A DNA stretch of 64,000 nt from positions 75,144,001 through 75,208,000 of the forward strand of contig NC_086386.1 of assembly GCF_036588685.1 (NCBI RefSeq), given 5' to 3'. Below are positions 14,180-27,167 of the stretch, piece after piece. The position numbers were made by a program, and so were the translations under genes. The notes beneath the pieces are model-generated. The model made no database searches. It was not told where the DNA came from and saw nothing but the letters and a program-made list of their open reading frames with translations. The stretch is from Mytilus trossulus (Eukaryota). The stretch's first letter is position 1, and each line of letters opens with the position of its first letter.

Positions 14180-14278
14180 CACTGCTACAGGAAAAATCAG
14201 CGGCGCCATGTTTCAATCTTTATTATGGACAAGACATACAGATAAAATTAGATGCTAAAGACGAGAACGGAACAAATG
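14180..14278 (+). CDS. Coding exon 2 (99 nt, phase 1-1), linker
   Basis: attttatag|c ... aatg|gtatgt. Reads open as (A)LLQEKSAAPCFNLYYGQDIQIKLDAKDENGTN(G), in phase with the flanking exons. Confidence 0.75.
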
Positions 14279-14612
14279 GTATGTAAACAAAGAAAGCTTT
14301 GACGATTTTACGTTCCTTTTTCTTGTGCATACAAACAGAAATAGTGCAAAGTGAGTTATGAAATTTATTTTTCAAGCTAAATTTGTTTAGCATCCTCGAT
14401 CTCATGCGTGCGCGTTTTGAATAAATATATGACAGCGACGATTTCGAAGGTAGTTCCGGCAGCATCGTTTAGCGAAATGTAAATCAAGTGAAAAATGATA
14501 TTGGACCAGACTGATTCAAATATATGTAGATATGCAATTTATATAAGAATTATTTATTTTATTTAGAGTGTGTACGTTAACATGTTTAAGTGATTATTTT
14601 TTTTTATTTAAG

Positions 14613-14903
14613 GTTCGAGTTCATGTATCATCTATTTGAAAGACCCACATTTTGATGGAACCAGTGTCATTGAAAAGCTTGATGAAATAAAGGAAAAAAT
14701 TCTTACGAAAGACATTACATTGAAATATGCTGAAATAGGAAGTTTGAATATTCATGTTTCAGTTCTCGATCAATGTTTCTTGACAAAAGAAATACTACAT
14801 AAATCAATACAATACTTCTTATACGAGTTTTTCCGCGCTGCATCAATTCAATACATAAAGGGACATATTTATACAGTAGTATTGGCAGATTCATGTGATC
14901 TAG
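14613..14903 (+). CDS. Coding exon 3: alpha/beta module with a GS-hydrophobic-strand motif (possibly TRADD-N-like)
   Basis: Poly-T acceptor tttaag|14613, continuing into ORF 14636-14917 (DITLKYAEIGSLNIHVSVLDQCF). Donor after 14903 (gtatag) or 14909 (gtttgt), both phase 1. The domain label is inference. Confidence 0.72.
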
Positions 14904-16230
14904 GTATAGGTTTGTGACTTTTGATTACCTGTATACTTGCCATTTTGTAAACTATGTCATATAAATAGAATTCAAACCTTTTTCATACTCTAGGGAATAA
15001 TATTAATCCTTGACTATAAAAGTGAAAATTCTTTCTGAATTTGATTTGCAACAAAAACTTAATTATCGTTTGTCTCTCACAAATTCAAATGAGGACTCCA
15101 TGGATAAATAAACATGCAGTCTTCTCCAAAATGTTATGCGTTTGCAAGTGAAGCTGCAGATATGTTTTTGATGTTATGAATGCCTATAAAAAAAGAAGAT
15201 CATTGACAATGACACAACTCTCCACAAGGGACAAAATGACACGTAAATTAACAACTATAGGTCACCGTATGGCTTCAACAATAAAAAAAAACCTTCACCA
15301 CATAGTCATCTATAAAAGGCCGCGAAATGACAATGTAAACCAATTCAAACGAGAAAACACGGCCTCATTTATGTACAAAGAACTAGTCGTATAATGGTCG
15401 ATAATATACTTTTTTCGAGAGGTATATGTAATCAGTAAAACTAAGTAAAATTGTTTTTAAGGAGGATATAGAAACGAAAAATAAGTGGAAGAACACCTGA
15501 TAGAAAGAAAACGTAATTATGACAGAAAAAACAGTGATCTTATAACAGTTATCAAAAGTACCAGGATTATAATTTTATACGCCAGACGCGCGTTTCTTCT
15601 ACATAAGACTCATCAGTGACGCTCAGATCAAAAAAGTTAAAAAACCAAACACATACAAAGTTGAAGAGCATTGAGGACCAAAAATTCCAAAAAGTTATAA
15701 ACACTACCTTAAAAAAAATGGATTGCGGAATACAAGGATAACTTAATACCGGGGTGATAAAAGTGGAAAAGCAGATTTGGTCTACCAATTGCATAATTAT
15801 GTTGCTCGAAAATACCCATTATCAGCAAAACATATTTGTTCCGAAAAGCTTTTTTGCTTTATTAAAATTGGTGATCTGGTAACAAATTAAACTACAGTGT
15901 GAAAACTAGATTCCTTTACACTATGCATAGAAAATCCATTTTTAGTGTTATTAAAATAAAAAATTTTGAGATGAAATATGAAAAGATAGCTCTAATTACA
16001 TGCTTTAAGATAAGAAAAAGAAAAATGGGGTCAACGGACTTGTTTTCTTGCAAGATATAAGTTTTTATTATATGAAAATTACTTTATTTGAGTTATCTCC
16101 TCTCATTTGTCAAAGTTGAAAAAAAATGAATGAAATACAAATATGGCAAAACTATTTAGATATATCAGCCGTAAATATGATAAAACACATAACGTTCTAT
16201 ATTTACACCAAGAATTCTTTTGTTTTATAG

Positions 16231-16501
16231 ATAACTGTTTAACAGAACGGGTTGACCTTGTCTATCTCAAAGAAAAGCCGTCTCCAGTTTTAAAGTTCCA
16301 TGTTGAAGTAAAAGATTCTGCATTTCAAAATGAATTTGAGCTGTATAAAGAAGTAAACAGATTTATTTCTGGCATGTATTTGTCAGTAGACAGACAAAAT
16401 GTTCCAGTAAATGGATCAGCCAGGGAAGTTTTGATGTTAACTAATGAGCGAGTGGAAAATTCCACATCTCGTCATGAAGCTATTGAGGATCATCAGCTAA
16501 G
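16231..16501 (+). CDS. Coding exon 4: second copy of the exon-3 module
   Basis: Acceptor tgttttatag|16231 (phase 1), within ORF 16143-16505. Ends either at the AG|gtaaca donor (phase 2) or at stop TAA 16503-16505. Confidence 0.7.
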
Positions 16502-16941
16502 GTAACACACTAATTATTAACGGAAATGTAACTGCAAAAATATTGGATGTTTACGTGTTTGTCGTGTTTGGGTCAATAGTCGATAGACGTTTAGAAAATA
16601 TCACAAAGCAGATGCTTTGGTTTACTGTGGAACAAACGCAGTTAGGGCTTAATGTATACGATTTTTCTGTTTATTACTTTACAAATGCATAAAACAAAGC
16701 CCTTAGTAATAAAACTCCTATTAATTCAATTCAAAATCTGCCTAATAATCAGGCAGTGGTGAAACATGACAAACAAAACCAATTCAAGTATACATTATCT
16801 TATGTTCAAAATATAAAATGGTGCATGAATATAACATTCGTTTCCTTTTCCTGTTTGTTTTGCAAGATGTCGCTTAGATCTTTTTATATGATACGAACAG
16901 TTATTGGGCTTTTGAGACCGACTCTGTTGAGTAGAAGAATT

Positions 16942-17745
16942 GTTATGCCCCACCTACGATAGTAGAGGGGCATTATGTTTTCTGGTCTGTGCTTCCGTTC
17001 GTGCGTTCGTCCGTCCGTTCGTTCGTCTGTGCGCCCGTTAAGGTTAAAGTTTTTGGTCAAGGTAGTTTTTGATGAAGCTGAAGTCTAATCAACTTGAAAC
17101 TTAGTACACTTGTTGCTTATGATATGATCTTTCTAATTTTAAAGCCAAATTAGACTTTTGACCCCCAATTGCATGGTCCACTGAACATAGAAAATGAAAG
17201 CGGGAGTTTCATGTTAAAGTTTTTGGTCAAGGTAGTTTTTGATGAAGCTGAAGTCCAATCAACTTGAAACTTAGTACACTTGTTATTTATGATATGATTT
17301 TTCTAATTCTATAGCCAAATTAGGCTTTTGACCCCAATTTCACGGTTCACTAAACATAGAAAATGAAAGTGGGAGTTTCAGGTTAAAGTTTTTGGTGAAG
17401 GTAGTTTTTGATGAAGCTAAGGTCCAATCAATTAAAAACTTAGTACACTTGTTGCTTATAATATGATATTTCTAATTTTAAAGCAAAATTAGACTTTGAC
17501 CCCAATTTCACGGTTCACTAAACATAGAAAATGAAAGTGGGAGTTTCAGGTTTCAGTTTTTGGTCAAGGTAGTTTTTGATGAAATTGAAGTCCAATCAAC
17601 TTGAAACTTAGTACATATGTTCCCTATAGTATAATCTTTCTAATTTTAATGCCAAATTAGATTATTACCCAATTTCACAGTCCATGGAACATGGAAAAGG
17701 ATAGTGCGAGTGGGGCATCCGTGTACTTTGGACACATTCTTGTTA
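16942..17745 (+). mobile_element. HINE-like element with ~170-bp x4 tandem array (intronic)
   Basis: atgccccac (16945) / gtggggcat (17710) inverted repeats, (CGTT/CGTC)n microsatellite, and units starting at ~17043, 17213, 17383, 17550. Confidence 0.8.
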
Positions 17746-19399
17746 TTGTAAGATTTATCTCCCTAAACACTGTTTTTGTTGTCCAGTATCTCCTCTGTTA
17801 CCGTTATAGAAATTTATTTTACCAAATTGCTCGTTATATCGTTAGGATGTTTTGTCCAATTTGACCGAAAAGCAAGAAGACTCCAAATGAGTCTAATTTC
17901 CCTTTATGCATTTGACATATAAAGTGAAATTCATATGTAACTGGTAAACCATAATTGATAGAGACCCCGGGTCTTTGAATATGATACCCTTAGTACTATG
18001 AAAAGAAAATTAGGTCCAAGTCAAGGATCAAGGTCATACTCTTATTTTAATTTGGCTTATTCTCAATTCTGTTCCGTACTGAATATCACGAGAGTATATT
18101 CTACTTAAATTGATATTGCAATATGTAACTCATAAATTTTGTTAAAAGGGTAGGCACACATAAAAAGTGAGTTTTCGGCCGTTTTAAATTAAGAATTATG
18201 TGTATAGATATACAAAAAAATGCATAACTCATAAACCATACATATAACAGACCTAGGGTCTTTAGATTTGAGGTCATTGGTTTATGACCTGAAAATTGAT
18301 TTGAAGGTCAAAGGTAGATTTGACGTTCTAGATTTTGACCTTTGCTTTAAATTCATAAAAAATGTGTGCAGTCATCATAAAGCTATAGAACTTTAAGCAT
18401 TATATTACTAGCAATAAAACAAAATCAAACCGGAACTAGCCTTGTGTGTACCGGAGGTGTCTACTTTTTGTACTTACCTTTAGGAAACCGAAAATAGTCA
18501 TAATGCATCTATTTATTTATAAGTTTTAATAACACGTATTTTTGTTAAAAGGGTATGCATAAAACTCTCATTTGAGACCAAAAATGACATTCAATAACCG
18601 GAAGTAGAAAACTATTTCCCTTATTATAGGTGTAAACAAATTATATATGTTTGGAATCAGTGTATCATATGAGATTGGAAGTGATATTTTCTAGACAAGG
18701 TATCTCCCTTTTTCAGACAAAATGTAAAGAAAACATATATTTTCAATCAGTAAACAGTAACCTATCAATAAACGTCAATTATAACCTTTAGCAAACCGGA
18801 AATAGCTTCTTATCAATAGCTTATATATTGGTTTTTATTTTTTTTTCTTTCATTCGCAACTGTTTTTTCTTGCGAGTTAGTTTTCTTTAGCAAGATGTCG
18901 ATTACATGTTTGTTATATGATATTGCACTGTTAATTTGCCTTTGAAATTGACCAAGCTTAACCGATTACTTCTCTTTAATTTCAGGTCCTTTGTTCATTA
19001 AAACGAAATTGAGGTCATGGTCAGAGGTTAAGGTCAAATTCTGATTTAGGACTTTTCTTGTTTTAGAATCACCTCTCTCACTTTTAAGTATTAACATGAA
19101 AGAACTAGTGCAAAATGTTTGTCTTATTGTGATGAAGATATGACAATAACTTTAGTTTAAGTAAATATTTTTCATAAAATTTTATCAAAAGGTTTAAGAG
19201 GCAATGTCAGAGAGCACCAGGCAGGACTGTTCAACTAAAAAAAATTGATTTGGTCGAGCATATAGTCTACTCTTTCAGTATAACATACTGACTGGGAATA
19301 TATTTTATTTTTTTACAATTTTTGGTGAATTTGACATTTTTTTTTAATGAAATTCAATATAAGCAGTCATACTGCGAATTTTCATTGAATTAAATGGGG

Positions 19400-19735
19400 A
19401 AAAAGCCAGTTTCTAACCGTTTTCAATTATCCATCATCGGAGAAAAATAACGCTTATGACTAAACTACCTATATGGAAGTCTAGTAATATGTTGGTGTAA
19501 AAAAATAATGAAAATAAAATTTCTGGTATCTTTTTAATTTTTTTTTTTAAAAATAAGGTAAAAAAATGCTAAAATAGGAAAAATTGAGAAAATTGAGAAA
19601 AGCCAGTTATTTACCGTTTTCAATTATCAACCACCAGAGAAAAACAACAGTTATGACTAAACTACTTATATGGAAGTATAGTACTATGTTGGTGTAAAAA
19701 AAATAATGAAAATAAAATTTTTGGTATCTTTTTTT
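19400..19735. repeat. Direct duplication of a ~135-bp segment
   Basis: aaaagccagtt...accgttttcaattatc...ttatgactaaactac...ggtatctttt at ~19402 and ~19599. Confidence 0.75.
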
Positions 19736-21894
19736 CTTTTTCAAATACCACAATTGGAAGGTTGGGATTGATTTTGGAGGTGATGGTCCCAACTGTTTAG
19801 GAATTAGGGGCCCGAAAGGACAGCATTTTCTGGTTTCAGGATAATAATTTGTGTATAAGTATTTCTATTGCACTGAAACTGTACCACAATGTATACAACC
19901 ACAGGTAGAAGTTTGGAATTCATTCAAGGGGTAATGGGATAGGAATTCAGGGCCAAAAAGGGTCCAAAAACAAGCATTTTTCTAGTTTCCATACAATAAC
20001 GAGTGTTTAAGTGTATAGATCTCTATGAAATTGTACAAGGTTCAAAGAAAACGCTGGGATTGAGTTTTCGGGTTATTCCTCCAAGGGGGGTTTCAATGAG
20101 TGGGGGGAATTTTTGTTTACAATTTTTTAAAGAGATGCATATTTTTTTTTTCTAAATTTTTCAAATTCAATTTTTGAAAAGTTTTTAAAAAAAATCTTCA
20201 ATAGCACAGTATTGCGCAATAGATTTGTACGATTTTAGACCAGATTTATTTTGTGTCAAAAACCTATAATATGTCAAAAATTTGATCACAATCCAAATTT
20301 AGAGCTGTATCAAGCTTGAATGTTGTGTCCATACTTGCCCCAACTGTTCAGGGTTGACCTTTGTGGTCGTATAAAGCTGCGCCCTGCGGAGCACCTGGTT
20401 TTCATATGATATATAACAGTTATTCCGCTTTAACACTGACCCAATTGAGTCGAAGACGTTTTATTAAAACAGTTATCTCACTGGTTTTGTTGTTTATCTC
20501 TCCTTTACCGTAATAGAAATTTACAAATGTATTTTACCAAATTTCTCGTTATAACCCTAGGATATTTTGTCCAATTTGGAATGTAGCGACGCGAAGATTC
20601 CATATGATAGTTATTGAGCCTTTGAAACTGACCCTGTTTAAGTGTCTCCAAACACTTTGTGTTGCAACAGTTATCTTCCCTTATGCTGTTTTTCTTATAT
20701 GTACCACAGTTTAAGATAACGACACATTATTTTGACAATTTGCGCGGTAAATCCGTAGGATCTTAAGAATAATTTCGACTGAATTTTTCGGAGACTCCGT
20801 ATGAGAGTTATTTCTACGTCTGTATCTTAAATAAGTGAAATTTAATTGTAACTGGTAAACCATAAGTGATATCAAGCCAGAGTCCTTTGAATTGAGGTCC
20901 TTGGTCTACGAAAAATTAAATGAGGTCAAGGTCAAAGGTCAAGATCAGATTCCAAATTTTCATTTTGACTTATATATATTGCTTTTGTGTGTTAGATATC
21001 GACAAAAATGTTAACTTACCTGATATTTTCGACTTGTCGAAACATACATTTTATTGTTTAAAGGGTGTGTTTACATTTGATGGGAGTGTCCTCCTCTCTT
21101 ATACTCAAAATAAGCTGTATTTGGATAAAACTTATCCCACTTACATTAGGAGACTTAGCGTAATTTGATTTGAGGTCCGTGCATTAAGACCTTGACATTT
21201 GGTTCAAGGTCAAAGGAAAATCAACGTTCTAGATTTTGACCTTTGTGATAGATAGTATACATGCCCCTTCTGATCCTTTGCATTAGGTTTGCAGAAATAT
21301 GACATTGGAAAAGTCACCTAGAAGTGACTTTGATTGAACTGGAAGTGGCTTATTATCTCCCTTTTAAATGGGAAAAAGTGCCTCTATCATTGTATTTTAA
21401 ACATTATTGTGTGATAAGCTATACTTCAGGCCCAGACAAACTGTTTTTATCGTACTTGTTTTTTTAATCCTAAGTGAGTTTGAGTGGAAAGACCTCCAAC
21501 TGTTTTCTCCTCTATCCGTTGTTGTACTATAACTTTCATTTTACTAATTTCACTCTTAAAAGAGGGTCAAACAACACCAGAGGGACAGTTAAAATCCAAG
21601 ATCGAAAACAAACTGACAACACCATGGCTTAAAAAAAACAAACAAAAAACAGACAGACAACAATTCATTTACATAAGACACAACATAGAAAACTATAGAC
21701 TAATTATCACGAACCCCACCAAAAACTGGGGATTATCGCATGTGCTCCAGAAGGGTTAGAAGTTCTGCTACACATGTGGCACTCATCGTGTTGCTGATGT
21801 TATTACAAACCCTGTAAATAGTTTTAACTTGGCTCAATGTTAGTCAAGCATTTGGGCGTTTTCTAATTTGTACTTAATCGGGAACAATTATATG

Positions 21895-22247
21895 AGAGCC
21901 GTGGTGTAGTGGTTAGTGCATCGAACTTCTAACACAAAGGTTTCTGGTTCGATTCCCGTTTGGGATGAAAATTTCCGGAACTCAATTTTCGACTCTCCCT
22001 TGACACCATCTGCGAGTATGGTCTTGAGGAAACGATGATAGTCCGTCGGAAGGGGACGATAAATGGCTGATCCGTGTTACGAGAGAGCCATATATCTTGC
22101 ACGTTAAAGACACCCTTGTAGATTTCGAAAAAGATAAGGCTAATGCCGCTACAAGGCAGCACTCGCACCCGCAAAGTGGAAAGGGATTAATATAAGTTGC
22201 AAAACTTGTTTCCCAATCCACTATAGATAAATAGGTTTGAACTTAAT
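21895..22247 (+). mobile_element. tRNA-derived SINE (Meta/Deu-domain type, inferred), near full length
   Basis: A box gtggtgtagtgg, B box ggttcgattcc, central ccgtcggaaggggacg...gcacgttaaagacaccc domain, and a possible TSD ttatatg (21888-21894 / 22248-22254). Confidence 0.75.
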
Positions 22248-23961
22248 TTATATGCAATTTTCTTTCGCTATAATGATGTATATGCTATGGACTACAAACA
22301 CTCCTAGTTTAAATTTTTTGGTCAGTTGCGATGTATGTATACATAGCGGTTTGCCTCAGATGTATTTGTACAAATAAAATTGAGAAAGGAAATTTGGAAA
22401 TGTGTCAAAGCGACAACAACCCGACAATTGAGCAGACAACAGCCGAAGGTCACCAATGGGTCTTCAGTGTAGCGAAAAACTCCCGCACCCGGAGGCGTTC
22501 ATAAGCTTGCTTCTTAAAAATATGTATAAACGTGCAGTGATTATGGACGTCATAATAAACTCCGAATTATACACTAGAAACTAAAATAAAAATCATACAA
22601 GACTAACAAAGGCCAGAGACTCCTGACTTGGGACAGGCGCAAAATTGCGGCGGGGTTAAACATGTTTATGAGATCTCAACCGTCCCCTATACCTCTTGCC
22701 AATGTAGAAAAGTAAACGCATAACAATACGCACATTAAAATTCAGTTCAAGAGAAGTCCGAGTCCGATGTCAGAAGATGTAACAAAAGTATGTATGATTG
22801 AATTTTTAAGTCAATTGTATATGTAAATTTCATAAGATAAAAACCGTTTGCGTGCCAGTACGGAACAAACCAATTTTTATTTAATAATAATCATGACACC
22901 TACCTGCACGTCTTGATTAAAATCCAGACAAAAATCCCTTGTTAAAAACGCTTTGTCAGGAAATGCAGAGAAAAACACGGAAGTGCGTTACCCATGCCCA
23001 ATGTGCGTACAAACAGTTTCAAGACCATACGATTATCATTTTGTTTAAACTGCCTTTTTGTCGTCCGTTTTGTTTGTCCGTGTGTCATCACAAACTTGTT
23101 TTTAAATATCTTGAAGCATTTGAATGAATCTCATATAAACATGATTGTTTGTAATAAAACAGGTATTGTTGGAAAATTGATTTGAATATAACAAAATGAG
23201 CTTCCATATTTAGATGAAATAAGGACGTGCTGTTTGTGTTTTTTTAATGTTTTAATTTGTATCGATCTGATGAGTTAAGCCTTTTTAACAGATTGTGACA
23301 GTTTGTTCATATGTTGTGTTGTTACAACTCTGTAACAGCTAGAGGAGGGTTAAAAGTTCTTAAACACTTTTAATCCCACCGCATTCTTTTCTTTTCCCAA
23401 GCCAACAGGTGTAGTTGTCGTTAGTTTATGTTTGTTATATTTTGTTTTTCATGAACTTTGTGTGATAAATTAGGACGCGCATTTCTTCTGTTGAATTGCT
23501 TCATATTGTTCATTTCGGGACCATTTATCGCCCACGTTACGGTGTGGTTTTTTTTTCTAATTGTTCACGACATTTTCAGGATCATAAGGCTGTCTATAAT
23601 TGCATACATTCATTCTAACTCTGTAGGATGATTATCTGATCGACCATCCTACGACATCTCTTTATTTTTATGTAGACTTATATAGGTATTTGATGAAGAT
23701 TAAACCAGACAAACGCTTTAATAATAGTCAATTAAAAAGTGTAGTTTTCAGTTATCAAATCATACTATATATGAAGATTGAAAGTTCACAAGAATGATGA
23801 TTAAAAGATAAAATGTTTTGAAAAAACTTCTTTGATTGGTTCAGAAATTTAATTTATGTTTGTCTTTTAATTCATCTTGTGTATTCATGAATTATTGTGT
23901 TTAACACATGGTTTCTCATTGAATTGTTTGGATTAGTTATTCTTTAGTTAATTTCATTTAG

Positions 23962-24185
23962 AATGGCACAGGAACCTGTAGTCAGTAAAGAGGACTCAAA
24001 TTACTTCAAAATTGCAACATTGTTACTGAGAATTGCACCACGAGCAGTAAGAATAAAATTTGATGATGTATTTCCTGCAATGACTTTAAAAGAAACACTG
24101 AATTTGCATAAAAGTAAAATAGATGATTTAAAAACAGCTCGGTGTATAAACCAGGTACATTGGAAAACACTGTTTCCTAGAAAAG
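23962..24185 (+). CDS. Coding exon 5 (or first exon of a second gene): N-terminal half of DZIP3-like HEPN-2
   Basis: atttcatttag|a ATG(23963). SKEDSNYFKIATLLLRIAPRAVRIKFD...CINQVHWKTLFP is the typical N-terminal part of a DZIP3-like HEPN. Donor G|gtatgt after 24185. Confidence 0.85.
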
Positions 24186-25539
24186 GTATGTCTTACATTT
24201 TTAGTTTATAAATTAAATTCAAGAATGACGTGTCAAATTTTCTCCCAATTTCTTATTGTGACGTCGTGTGCAAAGGCGACCTTGCTCGATGACGTTACAT
24301 AAAATGAACACATAATTTGCAGATCATTTGTAAGGACAAACTGAATTCTATTGCATATCGTTTAAAAATCATTATACAGAGACTGATTCTACCATCAACT
24401 CGTGTGTGATACGATATTTGTATTGACTGTTTTTAATTTGAAAATTTAACTGTCTCGAGTGCAGTTGCAAAATCAATATTTATAATGATCATTATAATTT
24501 CAGTTCATAGTGTGTTTTTTTTTATATATATATCTTATATGAAATCCATATGAAAACGTAACAAGCTTACACACGGGTCAGATGCTTTTTTTGTTCTAGG
24601 GTGCAGGAAGCTGTACTATTATCTAATATACTCAAAGAAGTGAAATCAATGATATAGTGATAAATATTGGGTTTAAAAGGTTAAAAAATCAGGAAGCGAA
24701 GCAAGAAAGATAACTGAGTTATGAATTTTATGTATTCGTGATTTGTTAATTACCTTTTCGGCATTATGTTTGGTATATGTGGTACCTGCTACATCGATAC
24801 CTTGTGTAGTAATTGATTGCTGTCCGTTTGACAGGATTCCTCTGGATAATACCATATTTTGTTAATGCTTTATTTGTTATTACATAGTTTCCAACTTGTA
24901 TGCAAATGATAATAAGATATGCAGCAAGACAGAAGCTTTACTTTTACCTAAAATTGGGGATTTGTTTTAGCAATATTATTAAAGTACCACTTACATCAAA
25001 TTGAAATATTTTAATACTTTGCACAATTTAAAGAAACCTACATCGCCAAACTCAGTCAAATTTAACAACACTTACCGTTATCTTGATAAAATTTGTGTTC
25101 AGATATTCAGGAATTTTCTAAATATGCTGCCAAAATAGATTAAAAGCAAATTATTTACGTTATACCAAATGATTATAGCAATAACTGCCCTATCGTAGAT
25201 TAAGATAATTAAGTTTCACACGGGAATTTCTTCAAAAACATATGCCAAAAAATGTAGGATTTTTCTTTCACTTTTCTTATGGTTGGTTAAAACCCGAGAT
25301 TTATGTGAAAGGCCAAGCTCTGTTGCAAATACTTAGAAAAGCCGTCGTGTTATTTCTTTGATCAGTCCGGTAATGATGGAAGGTTATTGTGACTGAAGAA
25401 AAATTTTACTATATAAAACAATATCATGAAAAAGGGGTTAGCGGGCATTTTATTTATATGACACTTCATATAAGTAGAGGATTCCGAATATTTGGCAATA
25501 AGGAAATATTCTTTATAACGCACAAAAATGTCAGTATTC

Positions 25540-26320
25540 ACCTCAAAAGCTAACAAAACCTTTAAATAGACTAAGGAAGAAGGGATATAGTTACGATACT
25601 GTTGTCTGGTCATTTAAGATTGCATATTTTGGCGTTAATATTGATTCACTTATAGGGTCTTTGCATCGGAACTAAACAAATTTATTTAAAAACCAGTTGT
25701 TGGCATGACACGGGTTATGTTCTTCTCATATATGTTATGATGGTATGATATTTAACCCCTCACGGGAAGGATTGTGCCTGATATTCATATGATGAAGACA
25801 TAATCTTTCAATCAGTTTAGTTGAAGTCTGGAGCTGGCATGTCAGTTAACTGCTAGTAGACTGATGTTTTTTATGTATTATTGTCATTTTGTTTATTTTC
25901 CTTGGTTACATCTTTTGAAATCAGACTCGGACTTCTCTTGAGCTGAATTTTAATGTGCGTATTGTTATGCGTTTACTTTTCTGCATTGGCTAGAGGTATA
26001 GGGGGAGGGTTGAAATCTCATTTACATGTGTAACCCCGCCGCTTTTTTGCGCCTGTCCCAAGTCAGGAGCCTCTGGCCTTTGTTTGTCTTGCATTACTTA
26101 AATTTTTAGTTTCTTGTGTACAATTTGGAGTTTAGTATGGCGTTCATTATCACTAAACTAGTATATATATTTGTTAGGGGGCCAGCTGAAGGACGCCTCC
26201 GGGTGCGGGAATTTCTCGCTGCATTGAAGACCTGTTGGTGACCTTCTGCTGTTGTCTGCTCTATTGTTGGGTTGTTGTCTCTTTGCCACATTCCCCATTT
26301 CCATTCTCAATTTTATTTTA
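25540..26320 (+). mobile_element. 3' part of an abundant Penelope-like retroelement or derived repeat
   Basis: ORF-like end KPLNRL.KKGYSYDTVV...GSLHRN* followed by a repeat also found at 22372-22790 (opposite strand), 52175-52695 and 8370-8570. Confidence 0.6.
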
Positions 26321-26485
26321 ATTTTCGATATATCTCTGAAACTAAGCAAAATTTTAACGGTTGCATTATTGCATGCATCAATTGCAAATAAAAATATCAG
26401 GTGAGCAACACAGGCTCCTAGAGCCTCTAGTTGAGATTCCCATTGTTTCTGATCTAGTTTTTTATCTAAGGTGTTATTGTTTCAG

Positions 26486-26703
26486 GTGATCCTATATCCC
26501 AGTCATTTGATACAACACTGATGATATGCCTCCTACAGAACCTGAAAGGCATCCACATAACCAATCAAATCCCCTATCATACAGATTACAGTGTCGGTGC
26601 TGACCTCTCACGAATAAACATCTATAGAAAGGATATAGCCAACTCTAATAAAGGAACATTTAAAAATCAATTATTCACAACCTATTGGAAAGATATAGAA
26701 GCA
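26486..26703 (+). CDS. Coding exon 6: core of DZIP3-like HEPN-2 with degenerate catalytic motif (RKDIAN)
   Basis: ttgtttcag|26486 (phase 1). Reads GDPISQSFDTTLMICLLQNL...GADLSRINIYRKDIAN...YWKDIEA. Donor GCA|gtaaga (phase 0). Confidence 0.85.
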
Positions 26704-26998
26704 GTAAGAATGACTATTTTCAGTTGTGACGAGCTTTTCGTTATTTAAAATCAACCGGATCTTATTTTAATTTTTGTTTTTGCAATTATTTATATACGAA
26801 CTAGGATATGTGACATGTTTGATAATAGTCCAACAAAGATCAAAGGAACTATATTTACTGCAAAGCCCATACAATATAATGACAAGAATTTTCGGTTCAA
26901 TTGTTTACTATGATGATACATGATTATGAGTTTAATGAAGTCTTGTAAAAATTATTTTAAGGTTTAAAATAACCCTGTATTTTGTTCTGTTATTAAAG

Positions 26999-27167
26999 GC
27001 TGTCCTGCGACTAAGTGGTGGCATATTAAAAGGAGAATGCAGCAATTTAAAAACCAAGTCATATGTTGTTGCAGACAGGAAAAATGCTCTTAACAATATA
27101 CAGGCTGGTAAGAGATTAGTACAGATTGAAGTTGAAGACAGATTGGGCAAATTTGAAAACAAACAAG
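26999..27167 (+). CDS. Coding exon 7: end of HEPN-2 plus helical linker
   Basis: ttattaaag|GCT (phase 0). Reads AVLRLSGGILKGECSNLKTK... Donor after 27167 (gtttgt) or 27107 (gtaaga), both phase 1. Confidence 0.75.

Noticed and set aside
21897-21970. Possible tRNA gene
   Set aside because: A and B boxes are present, but the acceptor and anticodon stems pair poorly and the sequence continues into a SINE body.
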